NCBI GenBank assembly: GCA_973895155.1
Contig: OZ316897.1
Span: 18,386,457 to 18,450,456 of the forward strand
Direction: 5' to 3'
From: Marsupella aquatica
Lineage: Eukaryota; Plantae; Marchantiophyta
DNA: 64,000 nucleotides
In this document: piece by piece, positions 52,953 through 64,000 of the stretch
Layout: each line of letters starts with the position of its first letter
Position numbering within the stretch: the stretch's first letter is position 1
Translations under genes and position numbers: made by a program
Notes under the pieces: generated by a model
What the model saw: the letters and a program-made list of their open reading frames with translations, nothing else
The model's database searches: none
Told to the model about the DNA's origin: nothing

Positions 52953-54978
52953 CCGAAAAATTCCGCTTCTCGGTGCAGATCTGCTCCTTGCTACGACATC
53001 AAACATCGAATGCTCAAAACCTGCTTCGTTTCCTCGCCTTTACTAGACTTCTATGTCCCAAGCTTCTGTTTCCGAAATATCGCTCCGATTACGAAAATAT
53101 TGCTAAAGCTTTTTCCTCGGCTCCGTTGAGGACCGAAGTCCGATACTTCAGAGAGTTTCCCAACCTTGCGGCCCACTTTTCGTAATTCGTTCTGCAAACC
53201 TCTGCGCTCACTCAATCTTATCGTTCCTGTGTTTTCCGAGGTTTCGTCCTGCAGATTATGGTCCTCCCAAAGAAATCCGTGGCTCGCGCTATCTTCCGTA
53301 TCCAGCTTCCCAACCTCGCACACAGCCTACCTTTCCGAAGAATGCCGTCCTTTCCAGAGTAAGTTCAGTCTGACTAGAGAGAGAGAGATCGGGATTGGGG
53401 AAACTATTGTACAAACACCGAACAGGACCAGGGCACGGATTCACGGATTCGTTGAACCCAGCTCTGTAGCTGAAGCTGTTGCTCTCCAAACTTCACCGTG
53501 TGCGGCTCGGGAGAGTATATCATTACAGAAGAAGACGGAGCCACGTGCATGAAGACGATATCGAATGCGTGTGAAGTCGTTCTGAAGACCGGCGCGGCCA
53601 AAGGCGTTGGTGTGCATCCGACGAACCAAGTCGAGGGACTCAAATGGGTTGGCTGCAAATGAGGAAATCCACTGATAAACTCGGGGCAATTTCTCGCCAG
53701 CGAACGGAATCGAGGAAAACGAGTGAAGGGGGAGGACGCGACAGAAGACCGATTCTCCTGCCTTTCTGCGAGCTATGAATGAATAATGTTAAAAGCACTT
53801 CAGCTCAGCCTTCGGTCGTTCCGTGCTGCCGGTGCCCGTCTCGCCCGACCAATTCCTTGAGCCGTCGTCAAACTTTCTTCAGCGAGCAACAGAGAAGCAT
53901 CAGCCGGCCCTGCCCGATTCATATTATTGAATTGCACTAGGCTGACTGAGGCCCGAGGAAAAGCTATGGCGTCCCTCCGCCCGCAACGCAGCTCGAGTCC
54001 ACGACAAAGCCCCGCACGCACGCACATGTCCCAGACCGGCAGCCACCATCGTTTCTGACCGGGGGCTCCTTCCTGGACGGGGGCTGCCGTCCCCTCATTC
54101 CCGTCTGTACTACGGGAGTACGGGAGGACGGGAGTACCCGTAGCGTCGTTGACAGTGTCAAACACTTCCTTCTCGTCCGCACAGTTCCAGTTGACTGACC
54201 CTGTTCCAGGGATAGGACCTGAAGCACCACTTGCTATGTAGAATTGCCATAGTCCACTAGCTATATAAAAGGGGAATTAGTAATTGACCCTGATCCGGGG
54301 CAAGGACTTGAACCACCACTTGCTATATAGAATTGCTATAATTATAGAAAGGGGAAGCGTTTCCCCCTTTTTTTTCACATTCCATTCGCTTTTCTCTCTT
54401 ATTTTTATTTTTGAGTTTCACTTTTCTCTTCTATTGTTATTTTTGAGTGTGCCAATGTGTTGCACAATTGCAAGAAAAAGTTACTTTTAATGATAGCTAC
54501 AGGTAACCTCTAGCATTTTCTGGACTTGTAAGGGACTTTGACATTAGAGAGAGAAAGTCCCTAGAAAATCATGGATGACGGTCTATGTGCAGGGTGCTAA
54601 AAGCTTTATGTGGACCCCATAATTAGGAGGGGTTTGTGTAACAGTGCTCACGAGGGTTTTTAGATCCCCACACCTTTGCCCCTTCACTGAGTTGGCCTAT
54701 CACTACCCCATAGCCTATTGGACAAAAGTAGAGGTCTCGTTCCTGGTTTGGGCAGCACCTGGTGGGTAGAGACAACCACAAATTACTTTCCAGGGATCCA
54801 TTGCCCCAAATAACTTAACCAGGCCCCTCCGTTGTCTTATGGACTTGGTGGACTGCACTACTTGATGGACTACGAAGATTGGACTTGACCAGGTTCTTTG
54901 GACAGTCAGTTGTTAGAATCCAAAAATCACAGTCACTCCGCAGCAATCATTGGTCCTAGTGGGCGCCACATAAACCTA

Positions 54979-55100
54979 GAAAATGTTATTTTTTTATAAA
55001 CCCCATTATTTTATAGGATGATGCAATGAATTCTCTTACGAAAATGTTATTTTTTTATAAACCCCATTATTTTATAGGATGATGCAATGAATTCTCTTAC
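54979..55100. repeat. Perfect tandem duplication, 61-bp unit x2
   Basis: GAAAATGTTATTTTTTTATAAACCCC...GAATTCTCTTAC at 54979 and 55040. Confidence 0.93.
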
Positions 55101-55346
55101 GTTCCATCTTTACGGCATATCAAGTCCAGATAATGCTGGAGGGGCCTGGTAAGTCCTGATTTTTGTTGTGTTATAGTCCACAATGCCCTGGAAGCAAAGT
55201 GTCACGGTGTACATTTTTATATACACTACCGGTAGCCTGGCTAGCCAACGTTGAACTTTAATTGACACATTGAATAAATGCTGTGATGAAAAGGTTGGTT
55301 GATTCACCTTAAATTTGTTCACAAGTATTTGACTAATGATACATGT

Positions 55347-58300
55347 TTAATATTATATTTTTTTAAAGGGCAGCAGAGCGCCAGTTTATTCCAGAGGCAA
55401 CCCCGGCGCAAACCAGCAGGGCACAAAAACCAAAAAAAATAAACCCAGAGGGCCAAAGCACACAAGAACCACACTAAAAAGGGCAAATCCACCCAAAGGA
55501 AACCACTAACACCCCAAACAAAGGATTACAAGCAAGAACAAGGGCCGACCACCCAACAGAAGGCAAGAGCCCTGAAACAAAGCACCTCCCAAAAGAGGAG
55601 TTGGCTGTCCCCAAGCAACAGCAAGGCAGGCTCCCTAGAAATGGGACAAAAGGGAGAACATGGTCATCACATCTCTCGGGCAATCATAGTAGTGTTCGAC
55701 TCAACCGTCGAGCCTTTTGTACACTGGTAGTACGTTGAAGCGTAGCATGAACAGTTACTACAGCTCCATGGAGAATGAGATGCAATGGGAACCGAGCAGA
55801 GTTAGCTTGAAAATTGCATTGGCAACGCTCCAACCAGATGCTATGAATCATTGTGTGAATAAGAAGAAGGAAGCCAGGGTTGCATTTTTGAGACCTAATC
55901 GCAGTATCAAACTTGCCAAAGAAAGAGCAGCCTGTAGCCTTGCCCAGACTAGTGCCCGTTGTTGTGTGCTCAAGTTGCATCCATCGTGGGCGAAGCTGAC
56001 AGCTAGCAATCATAGAACATATGTTCAACTGTTTCATTGGCCGATTTACACGCAGTGCACAGTCCATCACTCACGTCCCATTTAAGAGCACGAGAGTTGG
56101 AGAAAAACCTAGCATGAAGCACCTTCCAAAAATCTAGCTTAACACTAGGAGAGGATAAACCTTTCCATAGATGGATCCACCTACTCCTCCATAGCACCTA
56201 AGAATCAAGAGAGACCCAACGACAATTGAGTTGTGTAATGGCGGGTGTAATGGGAGGCATGATATGCTGTTGCAAGATAGTGGCCCAGGTTTTAGTGGGA
56301 AGATTCCACCCTTTCTTAACTCCTGTCTGCCATGTCCACATCCACCCATCAGAGTTACGCAAAAACCCTTTTGTGAACCCCTTGGAGCTGTTCAATAAAG
56401 CAAGGAGATGTGGTAGTAGTCGCAAGGTTAGGGCCCTGGTGAAGTGATAAGCCCAACCTGAATCTGGTCGACAGTTATACAACCCTGGCCATGGGTGACA
56501 AGATCCGCCACTATGTGGACTTGCCGCGTAGCCAAGAAACTTGTATAGTCCTACAACTCCCCCTCTGTGCCCTTCATGTGACTCTCCAATAGAAGAAAAA
56601 GTTGGTCAATTGAAAGATAAGTGAGGATTTTCCCATCACTAGGATGAAAGTCTAGCTTGCAATGAGCAGACTCCCAACCCCTAAGCATAGAATTGACAGT
56701 AGGAGCAGAAGCAATTTTCAGACAAGGAGAGAAGAGGAGGAGATCACTAGGCTCCTTCATCATAAAGGCAGGAGATAGTGTCCCAAGCAACAAGTGTTTT
56801 TTTGTTGGCACCATCTAGAGTCTGGCCCCACAAGAAAGTATGACATATCTTTTCAAGTTGCTTATACCCAATCTTTTGAGTATTAAGCAACATCAGATGA
56901 TACATAGGAATAGCATGGAGGACATGCTTTAACAGGACCAGATGGTCAGCCTGTGAGAGTGTCCGATTGGTCCAATGCCGTAGATGTTTTCTGACCTTGC
57001 CCATGAGAAACTCTGTCTCCTGTTCGGGTCGAAGGCCAGGTCCAATGGGACAGCCCAGCTAGGTGATAACCTCCCCCTTCCTAGCAATGCGACAACCAGA
57101 ACGCTCAATCCATTCAGGACTCTCAGAATTATCAAGCTGGATGATAGCAGATTTGGCAATGTTCAATAGAGCACCCGAGACACGCTTGTACTTGTGCACC
57201 ACACTGCAAGCTGCCTGAAATTCCTCTTCAGTTGCTTTGAGGAACAAACCGGTGTTATCAGCAAAAAGTTGATGAAGAAGCTTATGTTGATCCATTGTCA
57301 GTGGGTAGCCCATTGAGAGTACCATCCTCAAGTTTAGCTTCAAGCATACTCATGAGCGGTTGTGTAGCTAGGGAAAACAATAGAGGTGCTATCTGGCACC
57401 CTTGCCTTAATTACCCCACGCTCCAAAGAGATCTCCCTGGTAAAGCCCCCATTGACATGAACCTTTGAAGCAACATTGAGAACAAGACCTTGAATGAGAG
57501 AAATAAATTCCTGAGCAAAATTCATGTGTCTCATCGTGTCCCAAAGGAAAGCATGATCAACTCTGTCATATGCTTTGGCAAAATCCAGTTTTAGTAAAAG
57601 AGTAGGTTGGTGAGTGATGCTTGCAAACTCTTGCCCCACGTTGAAAGCCAAATCATTGTCTAGGAGGCTATGACCAATAATAAACCCAGTCTGTTGTGGT
57701 GCAACCAATTGTGGGATCACCTTTTTCAACCTGCTGACAAGGAGCTTGGCAACAATCTTGTGTGTAATAGTGAGCATGGTAAGAGGTCTCCAATTGGTCA
57801 AGAGTTGAATGTCACCACTCTTCAGGATAAGCTTAATGACACCTATGGAAGCTTGTGAGGTGAGTAACCCGTCTCTCCAAAAGGCTTGTATCATGGCGCA
57901 ACAGTCAGTGCACATCCAATCCCAACAATCTTGGAGAATTTCAACTATGACTCCATCCAAACCTGATGATTTGTCCTTGGGGAAGGCCATTACAATTGCA
58001 GTAATCTCCGCCTCATTGGGTCCAGCAATGAGAGCTCCACTCTGGGGCACTGGTCACTGTATTTCAAATAAGGGACAATACTTCAACCCGCTCCTCTACA
58101 TTGTTGCTAATGGACAAATCAGCTGTAAAGAGGGAAGAGTAGTACTCCTGAATTTCAGTAAGGATCTGTCGGTCATCGTCAATGACAGTGCCATCGGTGC
58201 GAGCTAGGGTTTTAATGGTTTCCCTGTTTTGTTTTGCCTTCATTTGCAAAAAACAATACCTGGACGGGGCATCACCAAGGGTTAACCATTGAACCCAACT

Positions 58301-59423
58301 GTGTCGGTGCCACCCCTCAGCTTCCTTGAATTTGGTTGACTTTGCATTAGCCTCCAACGTCACCAACTCAGAAATGGCACTAGTAGTAGGGTTGAGTGCC
58401 ACCTCTTGCCGTTTGAGCTGCAGTAGAGTAATGTTTGTAGGTTGTAGCCGTCTCAGCTCAGCAAGATGTTTCTTCTCTACCAAGAGAACCTGCTTAACCC
58501 GTCGGGCAGCCAGATCCCAATGGACCCTAGGTAGGAACTCTATCTGGTATAAGAGGCATTCCCTAGGCTTGTGGAGAAGCGTTGCATCCATCTTGAAAGA
58601 GCTGAACTTCCGAGTAGGGGTTGCAATGCTGATATCCTGTAGAGCAAAGGTCACTACAACAGGAAGATGATCCGACAGGGTTTGCCAATCATCATGATCA
58701 ATCTGGCGAATGTTGAGCACCAGTTAGCCCGATTGGTGCTGTAAATTCGATCCAACCGGGCCTGGTCAAAGCGAAAGCCCGTAAGGGCTTGACGAGTGAA
58801 TTTGGGCCCCTTCCTAATAGCAGCACAAAAGTAAGTGTCGATCATGTCACAATGGTCAATAAGCCGTGCCCACTTTCGACTCTCACTACCATAGAGGAGA
58901 GGGCTGGGGCCAATTGAATCATCCGGTTGTTCTACCATATTATAATCCCCTCCTACCACCCAGTTGCCTTGAGTGAGCTTGAGGCTCAGCCAATCCCACA
59001 ACAACTTTTGCCGATTCCGACTCCCAAGACCACTGTGTGCATAAATGGACCCTACGCTGAGAGGACCTTTGCTGGTCTGAAGGGTAACCCAAGCAAAGGT
59101 GCCATCTCCCTTACAACCTTGGTCAAGTACCTGTACTGAAGCTGGCGTGATGACGGCCGCTCCCGCTCGACCATCAACCGCATAATCCACCACAAAATTC
59201 CCTCTAGGCAGCAAATGAGACAGTTGAAAGTCACATTTATCTTTGTGAGTCTTACATTCCTAAAGACACACTACGTGGATGTCAAGCTGAACTTGACAAA
59301 GCCAATTACCTAGAATCCTGGTTCGATTGGGGTCCCCCAGGCCATTGACATTCCAACTAGCAATCTTGGGGTCGTCTATCATCGAGCATTGGGGAGGTGT
59401 TGTTTGCCCTTGCTGACCGGCTA
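55347..59423 (-). mobile_element. 5'-truncated, decayed L1-like LINE retrotransposon (ORF2: APE endonuclease, RT, zf-RVT)
   Basis: Endonuclease motifs KIASWNVNGL, VGGDYN, ARLDRIY and LSDHLPV. RT motifs KSSGLDG, NWRPLTML, QTGFI, LKLDFAKAYDRVDH and LFADNT. Zn finger CTACKSANETVEHMFYDC. A-rich tail near 55350-55365. TSD ACTAATGATACATGT at 55332-55346 and 59424-59438. Many frameshifts. Confidence 0.95.
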
Positions 59424-61516
59424 ACTAATGATACATGTGTATCACTGGTTTATCTGATTTTAAATATATTTAATACTATCAACTTTCAATTACTTTACCA
59501 CTACAGATATTCAAATTGATAATATTGTCAGGGTTCTGTTGTATTCATAAATATGCTGATCTCGTATAAAGATGACAAATTCAACAAAATAACAAAGGTG
59601 TGAATATCCAGAAAACCATTACATGTTTGTACATAAAATAAAAACCATGTCAGTTTTATAAATTAGAGTATCTTGAATGACAATATAGTTGAGGGAGAAA
59701 ATCCTCATTTAGGGTTTTCTAAAGTGTTTCTTTGGGGGACAATAATTCATGTACATGTTAGAGACCAAAATTTAAATTTGAGGACATAATTCTGAATTTT
59801 TATATTTTCATTTTTAATGAATAGAAGGGTTCTTTTGAACCATAAATATAGGTGAGGACAAAAAACCTAGCAAGAAAAAGATTCCTTATAATTGACATTC
59901 ATTTATGATTTTCCCCCATTCCCTACACCTACCAAGTTAGATTGCTGAGGCAGAGTTATGGTCTAGAGAATTCAATTTAGACCCAGACCATAAAAGTAGG
60001 ATGAGTAAGATTGTCAATGGCGTGCTTCTCCTCTCAAGTAATTGATTGGCCAAGAAGGCTAAAGTGTTTATTCTACTTTTCACAATATTCCACTTTGCAT
60101 CTTACCAATCATATGATCCTTCCAATTGAATTGTTGTGATCAATCCTATCATCTTCCCAATATTTGGTTATTTTTAAAATATAATTATTCGATCTGCAAG
60201 TGGTCAGCTGAGGTGGTCACTTGTGACGATTTGATGTCAAGTTCATTCCTCATAGGTGCCTTTCTTGCAATAGATTCTACTTTAGCTTGTTATCTAGTTT
60301 GTAGATAGATAGATTATAGATGGGTACTACAGTATTCCAAACCATATCGGGCGAATTCAATGTCCATTGTTCAATTGGTGGTAGTGTAGAAAGTTCAGTT
60401 GACTTGATAGGAGCAAAATATGGCCGCACAAGGTATTGTAAATATGGTCCAGATGTATTTGAAACTGTATTGTACACTATGTTGTCAAAATTGTATTGTT
60501 AATTAAATGTCTCGTGGTCACTGACATTGGGTCACGGACCTTGATATTCTCAACTACCCTACCCTGAGATACAGGAGCAAGTTTTGGGATACCACTATCT
60601 TTTGACTTCATTAAGTCAAAAAGACGATAGACTTAGGCCAAACATTGTCCCAAAAAGAAAAGGCCCCACCAGCACCAAATTATCATTGTGCTTGGCGTGC
60701 AAAGTGAGGTGCTCTCCTGGTAAGTCAAGGGCCAAGGTTCGTTTCAACACATGGAAAGCAACAAAGTGCTGAGTGGGTAGGCTTGGAAAGACTGCCTTAG
60801 AGGGTGCAGGGCAAAGATTGCCCAAAGATGTGGATTCCAGAAAATCTACTGCACTAAGAATTACTCTCTGTCACCCTTTTGTCCAAATGAAGACCTTGCC
60901 ATGATTCTGGATGAGTTTCTAGAATGTCATATTCTTGTAGCAGCTGTTTCAGTTATCTACATACATTTAATTCATAATGATCCAATGGCTGGAGTCATGC
61001 CACATGTCTGCATCAAATGGCAGAAATCTTAATCCATCAGCTCGGCCCCAACTCATAAAAATGAGTGTCAGCCTCAATTCATTTTCACAACCCTGACTTT
61101 CATATTTGGTAGAAATGACAGCCAGGAGAGAGACCTCTTGCTGGTCTCTATTTCCATGTAGGTCAGAGATTTAAACCACATGTCACAAGATCCTGGGTAT
61201 GGTTGACATTTTGAACTTGGGTATGAAAGCACATCACATTGGTTAGGATAGAGGTCAAAGAAAGGGGAACAACTTGTGACAATTCAATATGGCTGGGTTT
61301 TTTTTAATTAATTTATAGGCTTTCAAATAATAAGCTAAGTTTTGGCTAGAGAGGTCATTGACCCTTAAACGGCTGGCTACCCAGTTGTTGCCAATAAATG
61401 CAAGGGGTCTACCAAAAATCTAAAACTCAAGAACCATTCTACCTACACAGTTCACTGTAAATAGTGTTACATAAGAATCAGTGTTACTACCCAATTAGTG
61501 TTGCCAACAATAATTG

Positions 61517-61708
61517 TGGTGAAATCTTTTGTCCAAATTCTTACCAGTTTGCCAAAACAGTTTTCAATTTTAATTTTATCTCAATTGCTAGTAAAAAATG
61601 AGATTTAGGGTTTGGTGAAATCTTTTGTCCAAATTCTTACCAGTTGCCAAAACAGTTTTCAATTTTAATTTTATCTCAATTGCTAGTAAAAAATGAGATT
61701 TAGGGTTT
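61517..61708. repeat. Tandem duplication, ~96-bp unit x2
   Basis: TGGTGAAATCTTTTGTCCAAATTC...GAGATTTAGGGTTT at 61517 and 61613. Confidence 0.92.
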
Positions 61709-61748
61709 AAGGTTTAGGGCTTAGGGTAAACCCTTAGCCCTAATCCCC
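61699..61748. repeat. Short degenerate telomere-like motif tract with a strand switch
   Basis: TTTAGGG TTTAAGG TTTAGGG CTTAGGG T AAACCCT TAGCCCT AATCCC. Confidence 0.55.
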
Positions 61749-64000
61749 ACTCTTGAGACCAAAATAACACTAATTAAGTTGAATAGTGTGGTACATAACA
61801 CCCCTGTCCTCCTGCCGACAAAAACGTAAAGCCAAAAAAATTCCTGGCCTTTGCCGACTCATCTTAGGGGAGACCTTAGGGTGTAATTGACTGATGCAAG
61901 GGTAACATTCTCTGGCTACTATGATGAACTCACCGTTACTACAGTAAACCTAGAATATGGATAACTTCACACTACTCAAAGTGATCAGAACTGAATTATG
62001 ACACGAGTCAGTCGTCCTATATATGAGACGCCCTACTGTAGACACATCTAGGACAATTGACAAATGCAAATTCCAAACTGAACAGTAACCTCCAATTTCA
62101 GTATCGTCTAAAAGTAGGGCTCAGACTCGTGCGCAGGGTCCCACCGTTTTGTTGATCTAAAAACGAGCCACTAGTCCAACGCTGGCGATTTCGGATCGGC
62201 GGTGCTAGTCGTTCCCTGATAGCTTACGGAGTTTTAGCACCGTCGATCTTCTAGTTCAGTACCTCGAACAGTCGAACGGGTCTTTCTCACATGATACGTC
62301 ACGGGGAACGACAGAAATGCAGGCATTCGGTCAATTCTGACTAGACCCCGGATTTCGAAGTGGACCCCACTAGTGCTGCGTGTTTGTCAGTGTGGACGTG
62401 GCCATGGACCGAGGTCCAAAAGACTTGTGGGCACGAGTTTGGACTGTCGAAAACTCTCATCTGGTAGGGTGCAACGGAACCTATGCCTGGTTGTCTTTTT
62501 GGGATACAGTTTAATATTTTTTTAACCTCTTTCACTGAATCGGTAGATTGGAGTCAAGCTCTAAACTCATGAACTCGGATGTAATGCGAAGATCCAAGTA
62601 AAACGGTTCCACCAAAGTTTATATACCAGGAAAAAAACAAAAGTACAATGAAAGGCAAGAAAAAGTGGTCCAACCAAAACGAGGTCCAAAGAGAACAAAC
62701 ACCAAACAAGATACCTCTTTGTTTCAAAGGAAATTCTTGTTGCACACAATTCATGGCATCCTGACCCAAATGCACATTTAGGGCCAACTATGGGGGCAAC
62801 GCTCAACAATAATGTCTTTTTTTTGCCTTGAAAGATTTCTTTGAATTCCACTCACAAGACAACATACAAACAGGTGGTCCCAAGGGTAGCACCGGGGAGA
62901 CCGAAGCTCAGAAGTGCCAAAAGACTGGGTGAGCCGGCACCAGGAGACGCAACGCCTTCCGAGAGAAAGACACCTAAGTAAACAAAAAATTTAACTACTG
63001 CAATGAGAGTAGCACACTCCATGAGACTGGCCAGTGCTCAGGTTCCGGTAAGGTTCCCTTCAGTGGATCCATTATAGACTTACTTTACTTTAAGAATTAA
63101 GCCTTTTGCACTTGCAACCTTTTGGAAAAAATAAGTTTTCATTGATAGACATAAATTGCTAGGTGTGATCTGCACAAGTGTGTTTGGGTCCGTGCTTTGT
63201 CTATTTACACAATTATACATATTTTGTTTTATTTCCAAGGGAGAGTTTGGGAGCTCAAGGGCTAGAAAGTTTCCTGCCTTTGCCCTTGGCTCTACATATG
63301 AAATGCCATCAGGCCTGCCTGAGGAGGGGCTTAAGGCATGAAAGTATCACTAAGTGATATTATGACGTCAGTTATTTCGAGGGACTCAAAACAACAGGTC
63401 AATCACACACAAGTTGGCTCTTAGAGAGATCCCATCAAACCTCCCGTCAAAGCTGCAACAAAATCCCATCTCATCTTACTGCTATGTGGAATTGGTCTTG
63501 GATGAAGAGCACCTGATTTTATGGCAACTACGTTTCCCCATTGGGAACTCAAAGTCCAAAAGATGTTCATGTTTCAAAATTAAAAGCAATAAAACTGTAT
63601 TGTCCCACAATTGTGACACTCATGACATAATTGTGAAGTGGGGGGGGAGTCGCTTAATACTAACATTTGTAAGTTTGAAAAGGAACCTCACATTGTGCAA
63701 TAATTTGGAAAACACCCACACTAATTCTGGTATCCATATTCTGGTATTGATATTGTGGGACCATATCAATAATACTTACTGTGAGTGCCTTCTGTGTAAT
63801 ATAGCACTACCAAACAATTAAAAGCACCAAACCAGTAGACAGGATCCCAAAACAAAGGAAAACCCCATGACAAAGAGCTAAAGAGCACCATAGTTCCCAA
63901 GAACTAAATCTCTTACAAACTGAGCAGAAAACTCCACTCAAATAAACCCCATAAGAGGGTAACAAATAGCTATTTGTCTAGGCACTAAAACCAATAGCCT

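Noticed and set aside
53051-54230. GC-rich ORFs upstream of the receptor kinase, and a possible structured RNA
   Set aside because: The region is consistent with a leader/promoter. I recognised no tRNA, snRNA or protein signature.

Overview
Eukaryotic land-plant nuclear DNA with GT-AG spliced genes. It is probably from a bryophyte such as a liverwort; this is inferred from gene content and cannot be proven here. Six apparently intact genes are supported: an SNM1/PSO2-type crosslink-repair nuclease with UBZ and SAM domains (+), a PADRE/DUF4228 gene (-), RMI1 (-), a NIPA/DUF803 transporter (+), a small SRPBCC/START-fold gene with a GC-AG intron (-), and an LRR-VIII-1 (HPCA1-like) receptor kinase (-). 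Between SNM1 and RMI1 lies a run of gene relics: a TORNADO1-like LRR-ROC-COR pseudogene with a large internal deletion, a group II intron RT/maturase fragment, a decayed P-loop NTPase and an unidentified decayed ORF. The window also holds a 5'-truncated L1-like LINE with a 15-bp TSD, several PIF/Tourist-type MITEs, hairpins and many short tandem duplications. I found no rRNA, tRNA or CRISPR array, and no clearly new biological system. The best leads are the ROCO relic, an AUG-stop uORF cluster before the transporter, and the maturase fragment. Exon boundaries were read by eye and may be off by a few bases.
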